A stretch of DNA of 64,000 nt from an uncultured delta proteobacterium. GTDB taxonomy: Bacteria; Myxococcota; UBA727; VGSZ01. The position numbers and the translations under genes were made by a program. The notes below the pieces were generated by a model, which ran no database searches, had not been told where the DNA came from, and saw only the letters and a program-made list of their open reading frames with translations. Shown here in pieces: positions 32,048 through 43,096 of the stretch. Each line of letters starts with the position of its first letter. Position 1 is the first letter of the stretch. The DNA is taken from the NCBI GenBank assembly GCA_963775425.1, contig CAVZJB010000016.1:32001-96000 (forward strand), read 5' to 3'.

Positions 32048-33454
32048 ATGAACAACGTCGTCTGCATCGGCGCGCAGTGGGGTGACGAGGGCAAAGGTCG
32101 CATCGTGGACCGGCTCTCCGAGCGCTGCGACGTCGTCGTGCGCTTCCACGGCGGCAACAACGCGGGCCACACCGTGGTGGTCAACGGCGTCACCACCGTG
32201 CTCCACCTCGTGCCGTCCGGCGTCCTGCACCCCGGGAAGCTCTGCGTCATCGGCAGCGGCTGCGTCGTCGATCCCGAAGTGCTCATCCAGGAGCTCGAGA
32301 TGCTCGCCGCGCGCGGCGTGCTCCCGCCGCTTGCGCCCGTGCCGGCCACGGGGGTCCCTGCCGCGGCGGTGGCGGCGCCGCCGAAGGGCACCGGCCAAGA
32401 CGGCGGAGACGTCGGCGGCGGCCGCCGCCTGGTCATCTCCGATCAGGCCCACGTCATCCTCCCGTTCCACAAGCGCATCGACAAAGCGCGCGAGGCCGCG
32501 CGCGGTCGCGGCAAGATCGGCACCACCGGCCGCGGCATCGGCCCCGCGTACGAGGACAAGGCCGCGCGGCGCGGGATGCGCGTCCACGACCTCGTCGACC
32601 CTGTGAAGGTGGCGCAGCACATCCGCGACGGCGCCATGTTCGCCTCGTCGATGCTCGAGGCGCTCGACGGCGAGCCCTACAAGGGCTCCGAGATCGAGGA
32701 GATGATCGCGCGCACGCGCGCCCAGGGTCAGCAGCTCAAGCCGTTCGTCGACGACGCCGGCGACGTCGTCGCCAAGGCCGCGGCGCGCGGCTCCCGCGTG
32801 CTCTTCGAGGGCGCGCAGGGCACCTTGCTGGACCTCGACCACGGCACCTATCCGTATGTGACGTCGTCCAACTGTCTCGCCGCCCACGCCGCCGTCGGCA
32901 CCGGGGTCGGGCCGCAGGTGCTCGGACGCGTGCTCGCCGTCGCCAAGGCGTACACCACGCGCGTCGGCGAGGGCCCGTTCCCCACGGAGATGGACGAGGA
33001 GACCGGCCACAAGATGCGCAAGCTCGGCAACGAGTTCGGCGCCACCACCGGCCGCCCGCGCCGCTGCGGTTGGCTCGACCTCGTCGCCCTCAAGTACGCC
33101 GTGCGGCTCAACGGCGTCACCGACCTCGCCGTCACCAAGCTCGACGTGCTCGTCGGGTTCGGCGACCTCCAGGTGTGCACCGCCTACGAGCTCGACGGCG
33201 AGCGCATCGAGCGCTTCCCCCACGACGCCGACGTGCTCGCCCGCGCCAAGCCGGTCTACGAGACCTTCCCCGGCTTCGGCGATCAGCCGCTCGTGAAGCC
33301 GGGGGCGCCGGCGCCCAAGACGCTCGACGAGCTGCCGCAGAACGTGAGGAGCTACGTCCACATGATCGCGGATCGCCTCGGCGTCCGCTTGAGCATCGTC
33401 GGTGTCGGCCCTGGGCGCGGGCAGGAGCTCTTCCTCGAGGATCCGCTCGGATGA
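32048..33454 (+). CDS. purA: adenylosuccinate synthetase
   Basis: GAQWGDEGKG, GGNNAGHT, IGTTGRGIGPAY, EGAQG, GTYPYVTSS, TTGRPRRCGW, TKLDVL. Confidence 0.98.
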   Translation: MNNVVCIGAQWGDEGKGRIVDRLSERCDVVVRFHGGNNAGHTVVVNGVTTVLHLVPSGVLHPGKLCVIGSGCVVDPEVLIQELEMLAARGVLPPLAPVPATGVPAAAVAAPPKGTGQDGGDVGGGRRLVISDQAHVILPFHKRIDKAREAARGRGKIGTTGRGIGPAYEDKAARRGMRVHDLVDPVKVAQHIRDGAMFASSMLEALDGEPYKGSEIEEMIARTRAQGQQLKPFVDDAGDVVAKAAARGSRVLFEGAQGTLLDLDHGTYPYVTSSNCLAAHAAVGTGVGPQVLGRVLAVAKAYTTRVGEGPFPTEMDEETGHKMRKLGNEFGATTGRPRRCGWLDLVALKYAVRLNGVTDLAVTKLDVLVGFGDLQVCTAYELDGERIERFPHDADVLARAKPVYETFPGFGDQPLVKPGAPAPKTLDELPQNVRSYVHMIADRLGVRLSIVGVGPGRGQELFLEDPLG

Positions 33455-34821
33455 CGCAGGCGACGCCGAGCGAGGTTCGGCGTGTCACCCCGGGTGGGGA
33501 ACGGCTGGATCGAGAGGCGCAGAAGCGTCGTGAGCTCACCTCGAGCGCGCTCGAGCGCACCCGCGCCGTCGTCGACGAGGTGCTCGGGCGCGCCGGCCGC
33601 GACGGCGAGCGCATGGTCTGCTACGCGCGCATCGCGCTCGCCGGGGTCATCGCGCTCCTCTGGCCGGTGGCCACGTGGGACGAGCTGCAGGCCGGGGTGC
33701 CGTCGGACTTCGCCGTCATCGGCCTGGCGCTGGCGGCGCTCGTGTTCTCGGGGTGGATGCTGCTGCGGCTGCGCCGAGGCACCGTCTCGAGCGGCGTCCG
33801 CACGCTCTCGATCTTCGCCGACGCCGCCATCGTCCTCGGGCTGCTGGCGAGCTTCGTGGCGCTGCCGCCGCCGGGCTATCTCGGCATCGGCCGCATCTCG
33901 GGCATCGGCGCCGCGTACTTCGCCATCCTCGCCGCCGGCATCCGGCTGTCCAAGCGCGGCGCCGTGCTCGCGGCCATCATCTTCACCGCCGGCATCGCCG
34001 CCCTCATGATGACCGACGTGATGCGAAACGGCGTGCACGACACGCTCGGCAACGTCGTCACCATCGGCGCCCTCGTGGTGACCGCCGGCGTCTTTTCGTG
34101 GCTCATCGCCACGCGGACGCACGCCTTGGTGCTCGAAGGCGCCGCGCAGACGCTGCTCGCGGAGCGGGCGCGGGCGCGCCTGGGCTCCTACGTCTCGGAG
34201 GAGGTGGCGGAGCACGCGCTCGAGGCGGACAGCATGCGCCTGGGCGGCGTGCGGCAGGACGTCGCCATCCTGTTCTCCGACCTGCGCAGCTTCACGTCGA
34301 CGTCCGAGAAGATGGACCCCGAAGATCTCGTGCGCGAGCTCAACGAATACTTCGAGCTGATGGTGGCGGCGGTGACGGTGGAGCGCGGCGTCGTCGACAA
34401 ATACATCGGCGATTCGATCATGGCCGTGTTCGGCGCGCCGGTGAAGCGCGACGACGACGCCGCGCGGGCCGTGCGCGCGGCGTTCGGCATGGAGCGGGCG
34501 CTGGAGACGCTGAACGCGTCGCGTGAAAAGCGCGGGCTGCAGCCGCTGCGTCACGGCATCGGCGTGCACTACGGCACGGCCGTGGCGGGGAACATCGGGA
34601 CCGCAGCGCGCGCGCAGTACACGGTCATCGGCGACACGGTGAACGTCGCCGCGCGGCTCGAGAGCTGCACGAAGGACGTCGGCGTCTCGGTGCTGGTCTC
34701 GCAGGCCGTCGTCGACAAGCTCGCAGGCGTCGAGGGCCTCCCCGCGCTGCAGCCCATGGGCGACGTCAAGGCCAAGGGCCGCGAAGAGAAGATCGCGGTG
34801 CACACGTTCTCTGCGGGGTGA
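33451..34821 (+). CDS. membrane-bound class III adenylate/guanylate cyclase
   Basis: About six TM helices, then ILFSDLRSFT, DKYIGDSIMAVFG, GIGVHYG, YTVIGDTVNVAARLES. The Lys in DKYIGD suggests ATP specificity. Confidence 0.92.
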   Translation: MTQATPSEVRRVTPGGERLDREAQKRRELTSSALERTRAVVDEVLGRAGRDGERMVCYARIALAGVIALLWPVATWDELQAGVPSDFAVIGLALAALVFSGWMLLRLRRGTVSSGVRTLSIFADAAIVLGLLASFVALPPPGYLGIGRISGIGAAYFAILAAGIRLSKRGAVLAAIIFTAGIAALMMTDVMRNGVHDTLGNVVTIGALVVTAGVFSWLIATRTHALVLEGAAQTLLAERARARLGSYVSEEVAEHALEADSMRLGGVRQDVAILFSDLRSFTSTSEKMDPEDLVRELNEYFELMVAAVTVERGVVDKYIGDSIMAVFGAPVKRDDDAARAVRAAFGMERALETLNASREKRGLQPLRHGIGVHYGTAVAGNIGTAARAQYTVIGDTVNVAARLESCTKDVGVSVLVSQAVVDKLAGVEGLPALQPMGDVKAKGREEKIAVHTFSAG

Positions 34822-34883
34822 CGGCGGGCTCAGCGGGGTGACGACGCGCGGTGACGACGGGCCCGTACGACGAGGGCGCGCGC

Positions 34884-35786
34884 TCACGCGAGCTCGAGGG
34901 GACGGGCGAGGCGGTAGCCGAGCCCCTTTCTGGACTCGATGACGTCGAGAGACGGGTTCCCCGCGGCCAGCTTGCCGCGCACCTTGCGGACCAGGCCGCG
35001 CAGGTTGGCGTGCGTCGGCGCCTCCGACTTGAACGAGAGGGTCTCGAGGAGCAGCGCGGCAGGGACGAAGCCGCGCACCGCCGCGTCGAGCGCGCCCTCG
35101 TCGTCGAAGCGGCGGGCGAGCACGCACAGCAGCTCGTACTCGAGCTCAGAGAGTTGCACGCGCTCGTCGCCCCACAGCGCCATGGCGCCACCCTCCGTCA
35201 CCGCGCACACCTTCAGCGGCCGACCGTCGTCGAAGCGCATGTCGCGCCGCGTGTCCATCGGCGGCTCGCGGGCCTGCGCCCGCAGCGCCTCGGCCACGGC
35301 GTCGACGTCGTCGTCGTCGACGGGAACGAACAGGAACGACACGCGCCGGCCGAAGGAGATCCGGTCCAGGGGCTCCAGCGGAAAGCGCCGGCTGACGGGC
35401 TCCCCGTTCACGAATGTGCCGTTTTCGCTCTGCGCGTCCGCCACGAACCACGCGTTCGAGCGCGGACGGTGCTCGAATAGCGCGTGCGCCAACGACACCG
35501 TCCGCTCCGCGATGCACAGGTCCGACGCCCGCGACCTGCCGACGGTCGCCGACTCGTACCCCACGACGGCGACCGCGTGCCCGGCGCCGAAGGCGTCGAC
35601 GAGCACCGCGTTGCGCGCGCCCGCCACGGGCTCGGCCGCGCGCGCCGCGATCTGCTCGGGGCACAGCTCGACGTCTCCCGCGCCGTCGCCGCCCTCGGTG
35701 GTCACGCGGGCGTCGCGCGCGCACGTCGAGCAGAGCAGACCGCGCTCGCGAGGGTGCGTTCGACAGGCGAGACACAGCGCGTCCAT
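34884..35786 (-). CDS. Zn-finger-FHA-winged-helix transcription regulator
   Basis: N-terminal CLAC..CSTC, FHA (VGRS..VSLAHA..SENGTFVNG) and OmpR-like wHTH C-terminus (LSELEYELL..LVRKVRGKL..IESRKGLGYRL). Confidence 0.78.
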   Translation of the reverse strand: MDALCLACRTHPRERGLLCSTCARDARVTTEGGDGAGDVELCPEQIAARAAEPVAGARNAVLVDAFGAGHAVAVVGYESATVGRSRASDLCIAERTVSLAHALFEHRPRSNAWFVADAQSENGTFVNGEPVSRRFPLEPLDRISFGRRVSFLFVPVDDDDVDAVAEALRAQAREPPMDTRRDMRFDDGRPLKVCAVTEGGAMALWGDERVQLSELEYELLCVLARRFDDEGALDAAVRGFVPAALLLETLSFKSEAPTHANLRGLVRKVRGKLAAGNPSLDVIESRKGLGYRLARPLELA

Positions 35787-35932
35787 CCTTCGAGGATAGC
35801 GGTCACGTCGTGTGAGCGGGCGCACGCGCGCACGCTCAGCGCACGCAGCGCCATCCCTCGGGTGCTCTCTCGCCGCGAGGGCGGCGCGTACGGTCTCCTC
35901 ATCGCCGGCGACGCGCCGGCAGGAGGTGGCGG

Positions 35933-36685
35933 ATGCTCGTCTATGCGTGGGCCTTGAGCGACATCGGCAGGAAGCGGGGGGACAACCAGGACGCGTTCCT
36001 CATCGCGCACGAGCTGAAGCTCTTCGCCGTCGCCGACGGCATGGGGGGACACAAGGGCGGCGCGGTGGCGTCCGACCTCGCCGTGCGTACCCTCGAGGAG
36101 AACGTGCGCCAAAGCGGGGGCGACGCCGCCACCCGCCTCGCTCGCTCCGTGCAGGCCGCCAACCGCCGCATCCACGAGCTCGCGCAGAGGGACCCCGAGC
36201 TCGACAACATGGGCACCACCACGTCGAGCCTCTTGTTCACCGGCGACCGCGCCGTCATCGCGCACGTCGGCGACAGCCGCGTCTACCTCGTGCGCGGCCG
36301 GCGCATCGTGCAGCTCACGGACAATCACTCCTTCGTCTTTCAGCAGCTCAAGGCCGGGCTCATCACCGAGGAGCAGGCGCAGCGGAGCCCCTATCGGAAC
36401 ATCATCATGCGTGGCGTCGGCATCGCCGCCGACGTCGAGGTCGACATCGTGAGCGTCGAGGTCTGCTCCGCGGACACCTTCGTCATCTGCTCCGACGGCC
36501 TGTCGAGCCTGGTCCGTGACGAGGAGATCCGACAGGCCGTCGACGACAACTTCCTGCACCGCGTCCCCGAGGTCCTCGTGGACCTGGCCAACGAACGCGG
36601 TGGAAACGACAACATCACCGTCGTCGTCGCCTACGCGGTGGACGAGGCCGAGATGGCGCTTGCCGCCGCCGCGTCGGGAGGCTAG
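35933..36685 (+). CDS. PP2C-family Ser/Thr protein phosphatase (Stp1/PrpC-like)
   Basis: SDIGRKRGDNQD, VADGMGGHKGG, MGTT, HVGDSRVY, CSDGL, GGNDNITVV. GGAGG SD. Confidence 0.95.
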   Translation: MLVYAWALSDIGRKRGDNQDAFLIAHELKLFAVADGMGGHKGGAVASDLAVRTLEENVRQSGGDAATRLARSVQAANRRIHELAQRDPELDNMGTTTSSLLFTGDRAVIAHVGDSRVYLVRGRRIVQLTDNHSFVFQQLKAGLITEEQAQRSPYRNIIMRGVGIAADVEVDIVSVEVCSADTFVICSDGLSSLVRDEEIRQAVDDNFLHRVPEVLVDLANERGGNDNITVVVAYAVDEAEMALAAAASGG

Positions 36686-36693
36686 GGTCACGG

Positions 36694-36709
36694 TTGACAA
36701 GAATGTCAA
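36694..36709. promoter_or_regulatory. palindromic operator-like site TTGACA-N4-TGTCAA upstream of thiolase
   Basis: Perfect 6-bp inverted repeat ttgaca-agaa-tgtcaa in an AT-rich patch, 7 nt before the GGAGG SD (36717-36721). Confidence 0.55.
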
Positions 36710-36726
36710 ACTCACCGGAGGCCGCC

Positions 36727-37887
36727 GTGACTCTCGCAGACCGTGACGCCGTGATCGTCGATGCCGTTCGCACCGCCCGCGGCAAGAAGAAGGGGGGCGC
36801 GTTCGTGGACGTGCACCCGCAGGAGCTGCTGGCGCAGACCCTCCAAAAGGCGGTGGAGAAGAACAAGCTCGACCCCACCCTCATCGACGACGTCATCATG
36901 GGCTGCGTGACCCAGGTGGGCGAGCAGGGCCTCAACGTCGGCCGCGGCGCGGCGCTCGCCGCCGGGCTGCCCATCGAGGTCCCCGGCGTCACCCTCAACC
37001 GCTTCTGCGGCTCCGGCCAGCAGGCCGTGCACTTCGCGGCGCAGGCCGTGATGTCGGGCGTCAACGACGTCGTCCTCGCCGGCGGCATCGAGTCCATGTC
37101 GCGCGTGGCCATGGGCAGCGACGCCGTGGGCAACAGCGAGAGGAACACCGAGGGCCCCAACAGCAAGATGCTCGTGGAGCGCTTCCCCGGCCTCGTGCCC
37201 CAGGGCCTGTCCGCGGAGATGGTGGCCAAGAAATACGGCCTCTCCCGCGCCGACTGCGACGCCTTCGCCCTCGAGAGCCAGAAGCGCGCCGGCGCGGCCA
37301 TCGAGCAGGGCCGGTTCAAAAACGAGATCGTCGTCGTCAACGGCCTCGAGCGCGACGAGCACGCGCGCCCGAACACCACGCTCGAGGGCCTCGCGGCCCT
37401 GAGCCCGCCGTTCCAGGAAGACGGCGTGGTCACCGCGGGCAACGCCTCCGGCATCGTCGACGGCGCGTCCTGCGTCCTCGTGATGTCGGCCAAGAAGGCC
37501 AAGGAGCTCGGGATGAAGCCCCGCGCCCGCATCCGCTCGATGGCCGTCGTCGGCAGCGAGCCCGAGATCATGCTCACGGGCCCGATGCCCGCCACCCGCA
37601 AGGCCGTGCAGCGCGCGGGGCTCTCCCTCGGCGACGTCAGCCTCTTCGAGGTCAACGAGGCGTTCGCGTCGGTGCCGCTCGCGTTCATGCAAGAGCTCGA
37701 GATCCCGCACGACAAGGTCAACGTGAACGGCGGCGCCATCGCCCTCGGCCACCCCCTCGGGGCCACCGGCGGGATGCTGTTCGCCACGCTCATCAACGAG
37801 CTCGAGCGACGCAACCAGACGTTCGGCGTCGTGACGATGTGCATCGGCTATGGCATGGGCACCGCCACGGTCGTCGAGCGCATCTGA
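36727..37887 (+). CDS. acetyl-CoA C-acyltransferase (thiolase)
   Basis: NRFCGSG (catalytic Cys), VTAGNASGIVDGA, NEAFA, GAIALGHPLGATG, MCIGYGMG. GTG start chosen for its GGAGG SD. Confidence 0.95.
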   Translation: MTLADRDAVIVDAVRTARGKKKGGAFVDVHPQELLAQTLQKAVEKNKLDPTLIDDVIMGCVTQVGEQGLNVGRGAALAAGLPIEVPGVTLNRFCGSGQQAVHFAAQAVMSGVNDVVLAGGIESMSRVAMGSDAVGNSERNTEGPNSKMLVERFPGLVPQGLSAEMVAKKYGLSRADCDAFALESQKRAGAAIEQGRFKNEIVVVNGLERDEHARPNTTLEGLAALSPPFQEDGVVTAGNASGIVDGASCVLVMSAKKAKELGMKPRARIRSMAVVGSEPEIMLTGPMPATRKAVQRAGLSLGDVSLFEVNEAFASVPLAFMQELEIPHDKVNVNGGAIALGHPLGATGGMLFATLINELERRNQTFGVVTMCIGYGMGTATVVERI

Positions 37888-37933
37888 CCCCGCCGACATC
37901 GCGCGGGGCCCGGGCGTACGGTAGAGTCGCGGC

Positions 37934-38611
37934 GTGAGCCTCGCCGCTGCCGGCCTGTTGTGTGCGCTCGCGTCGCTGGCGCAGGCCCCCCCGTCGTCGT
38001 CGTCGTCGGTGGCGGCGCCGTCGTCGTCGCCGGCTGCGGACGGGAGCGCCGCCTCCTTCGTCGACCGCGTCGTCGCCAAGAAGCTCCTCGACGACGGCCG
38101 CTCCGGGGAGGCCAAGGCCGTGCTCCCGGGCATCAAGGCCCCGGGCAAGGCCGAGGCCCCCGCCGACGCCGCGGCCGAAGCGGCGAAGGAGCTCGGCAAG
38201 GCCGAGGCGCTCCTGAAAAAGAAGGACGCCAAAGGCGCGCTGGTCGCCTTCCGCCGGGCGCTCGCCAAGGCGCCGAAGACCGCGGCCCCGCTGTGGGGCA
38301 TCTCCCGGGCCGCCGACGCCGCGGGCGACAAGGCCACCGGCAAGCGCTTCGCGCAGTTGTGCGTGCGAAGCACCGCCAAGGACCGCAGCGCCGGGATGCT
38401 CTCGTCGTGTCGGTGGCGCGCGGAGCAGCCCGACGACCTGCCGCCGGGGCCGCCGGCGTCCGGGCCGGGCGCGCCGGGGCAGGGCACGACGGGCGCCTTC
38501 GCGGCCGGCCTCCCCACGGGCGCCCTCCCGCTCAACGGGCCCCCGAACGGCCCCCCGAACGGCGCGGGGGGCAACGCCCCCTCGACCCCGCCGCCGTCGA
38601 CGCCGTATTGA
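37934..38611 (+). CDS. exported hypothetical protein with a TPR-like segment and Pro/Gly-rich tail
   Basis: Signal peptide, helical repeat (KAEALLKKKDAKGALVAFRRAL), and TAGAGT-N6-GTG upstream. Confidence 0.55.
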   Translation: MSLAAAGLLCALASLAQAPPSSSSSVAAPSSSPAADGSAASFVDRVVAKKLLDDGRSGEAKAVLPGIKAPGKAEAPADAAAEAAKELGKAEALLKKKDAKGALVAFRRALAKAPKTAAPLWGISRAADAAGDKATGKRFAQLCVRSTAKDRSAGMLSSCRWRAEQPDDLPPGPPASGPGAPGQGTTGAFAAGLPTGALPLNGPPNGPPNGAGGNAPSTPPPSTPY

Positions 38612-38618
38612 GGATCCC

Positions 38619-38921
38619 ATGCCGCGCGTCGACGACCTCGAAGGCATTGCGAAGAAGTCCAAGAAGCCGCTGCCGTGGTACGGCCTGGCCATGGAGTACC
38701 GCTCCCTCGGCAGGCTCGACGACGCCGTGGCCACCTTCGCGAGGGTGCACGAGCTCGACGCGGGCTACGTGCCCGCGTACTTCATGTGCGCCCAGGTCCA
38801 CGCCGAGCGCGGCGCCGTCGACGACGCCAGGACCGAGCTCGATCGCGGCATGGACGCGGCGCGGGCCGCCGGCGACGAGCACGCCCTCGGGGAGATGCAG
38901 GCCATGCGGGAGACCCTGTGA
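38619..38921 (+). CDS. small TPR protein
   Basis: PWYGLAMEYRSLGRLDDA and YVPAYFMCAQV TPR motifs. GAGGA SD. Confidence 0.75.
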   Translation: MPRVDDLEGIAKKSKKPLPWYGLAMEYRSLGRLDDAVATFARVHELDAGYVPAYFMCAQVHAERGAVDDARTELDRGMDAARAAGDEHALGEMQAMRETL

Positions 38922-39385
38922 CGCGTCGCCGCCTCGCCCTCGTGGCCGCGCTCGCGTGCGCCGTGGCCGCCGGCGCCGGCTGCGGCCCCGCCTGCCGCGG
39001 CATCGACGTCAAGACCATCGATCTGCAGTGCTCCGCGTCGTCCACGTTCGACGGCGAGATCCACTTCGACGACGCGGCCACCTACGCGAGCTTTCTCCTC
39101 GACGACTGCCTGCCCGAAGACACCGATCAGCAGCGGCAGGCGCTCGTCGACGCCGTCGACTTCACAACGGACGCGGTGTTCGTCTCGAGCGGCTTGCGCC
39201 AACAAACGGCGCGCTGCATCGCGGACCGCAAGCAGGACGGCGTCGACGTCTGCGACGACGGCCTCCGCGTCGCCTTCGCCGACACCCTCAGCGACGCCGA
39301 CCCCTGCGGCGGCCGCTGGACGGTGGCGTTCTCGCTGCCGCGCTCCGAGCTGCGCGCGGCGCTCGACACGCCCATCGGCCAGTGA
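38918..39385 (+). CDS. Cys-rich lipoprotein
   Basis: GTG overlaps the upstream stop. RRR plus hydrophobic stretch and GAGC lipobox, with six further cysteines. Confidence 0.65.
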   Translation: MTRRRLALVAALACAVAAGAGCGPACRGIDVKTIDLQCSASSTFDGEIHFDDAATYASFLLDDCLPEDTDQQRQALVDAVDFTTDAVFVSSGLRQQTARCIADRKQDGVDVCDDGLRVAFADTLSDADPCGGRWTVAFSLPRSELRAALDTPIGQ

Positions 39386-39386
39386 G

Positions 39387-39725
39387 TCAAGTGCTGGTGG
39401 GCACCGAGGTGCCGAAGCAGTCGAGCACCTGCGGCTGACACACCGCCGGATCGGTGCTCGCACGCGTGACGTCGTCGACGCAGTGGGCGCTGTCGACGGT
39501 GACGGCGGGGTTCTCCTGACAGCCGAGCGCGCAGTCCTCGAGGTCCGTGCGCTCGCCGCTCTCGATGCGCTTGCCGTCGAGGTCGTCGTTGGGCCGGAAC
39601 GTCACCTCGCACGCGAGCGTGTGCTGGCAGAGGTTGTCGCAGCTCACCTCGCCGCCGCAGCCGGCGAGCGCCGCCGCGGCGATGCAGGCGGCGGAGGCCA
39701 CGACGAGGCGCGCGGGCGACGGCAT
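39387..39725 (-). CDS. small Cys-rich lipoprotein
   Basis: LAGC lipobox, CxxxC pattern (CDNLCQHTLAC, CALGC), and TACTTT-N6-ATG upstream. Confidence 0.7.
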   Translation of the reverse strand: MPSPARLVVASAACIAAAALAGCGGEVSCDNLCQHTLACEVTFRPNDDLDGKRIESGERTDLEDCALGCQENPAVTVDSAHCVDDVTRASTDPAVCQPQVLDCFGTSVPTST

Positions 39726-39773
39726 GGCGCCAAAGTACCGCGCGCGCTCGCCGCGTCATAGGATCGTTCGCGG

Positions 39774-40637
39774 ATGCTCGCGCTGGCGCTCCTTGCCCTC
39801 GTCGCCGCCGACGACCCCGGCTTCGGCGGCGCCCAAACCGACGACGCGGCGGAGGCGCCCGCCGAGGCCCTCCCCGACGACGGCGGCTGCGTCATCAAGG
39901 GCGACGACGGCGTCTGGCGAAGCTGCGATGAAGCGCTCGCGTTGAAGGCCGCGGCCAAGGAGGCCAAAGCCCCCGCCGACGCCGGACCGCTGCGGGACAT
40001 GAGCCCCGAGGCGCAGGCGCTGCGCGCGCGCATGAAGGCGGCCGAGGAAGCGGCGCAGGCGCCGCCGCCGCCGCCGAAGACCAAGCTCGAGATAGCGCTC
40101 GACAAGGCGCACCTCGACCCGGCGACGATGCCGCTCCTCGCTTTGCGCGTGGAGCTGGCGCGGGCGCAAGAGGGGCTCGACGCGCTCGTGGACAAGGGGG
40201 CCGGGGGCGACGCCCGAGAGGCCGCGGAGAAGAAGCTCGCGAGCATCACGGCCATCGACGACGACGTCGAGCGCATCGCGCTCCACCGCATGGACGTGTG
40301 CGCGCAGCGGCGCGGCAACAAGCCGCTCGTGAAGAACTATCGGATGACGGCGGGGGGCCCCGTGCTGCTCACGGTGGCGGAGATGATGGCGCGCCTGCCG
40401 CTCGTCGACCCCGCGGGGTGCGAGCGCATCATCCTCATCGACGACAAGGTGGTCGAGCGCGTGAAGCGCGTGCACGCCTTGCGCGAGGAGCTCGCCACGC
40501 GCGACTTCGGTTGGACGGAGATCGACGAGCGCAAGGCCCTCGAAAGAGAGCTCGCCGCGCTCGAGGCCGAGCTCGCCAAGGACGCGACGCCCGCGCTGTC
40601 GGCGCCGGGCGTGAAGGATCCGTACGGCCGGCGCTGA
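39774..40637 (+). CDS. exported hypothetical coiled-coil protein
   Basis: Short signal peptide, helical charged body, codon usage consistent with coding. Confidence 0.6.
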   Translation: MLALALLALVAADDPGFGGAQTDDAAEAPAEALPDDGGCVIKGDDGVWRSCDEALALKAAAKEAKAPADAGPLRDMSPEAQALRARMKAAEEAAQAPPPPPKTKLEIALDKAHLDPATMPLLALRVELARAQEGLDALVDKGAGGDAREAAEKKLASITAIDDDVERIALHRMDVCAQRRGNKPLVKNYRMTAGGPVLLTVAEMMARLPLVDPAGCERIILIDDKVVERVKRVHALREELATRDFGWTEIDERKALERELAALEAELAKDATPALSAPGVKDPYGRR

Positions 40638-40672
40638 CGTCGTCGTCGCGGTGGCGTGCCGACGGCGTACGG

Positions 40673-43092
<2,420 letters not shown>

Positions 43093-43096
<4 letters not shown>

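Noticed and set aside
32324-32421. Intein in PurA
   Set aside because: The insertion is only ~30 aa, with no N-terminal Cys/Ser block or His-Asn C-terminal splice motif.
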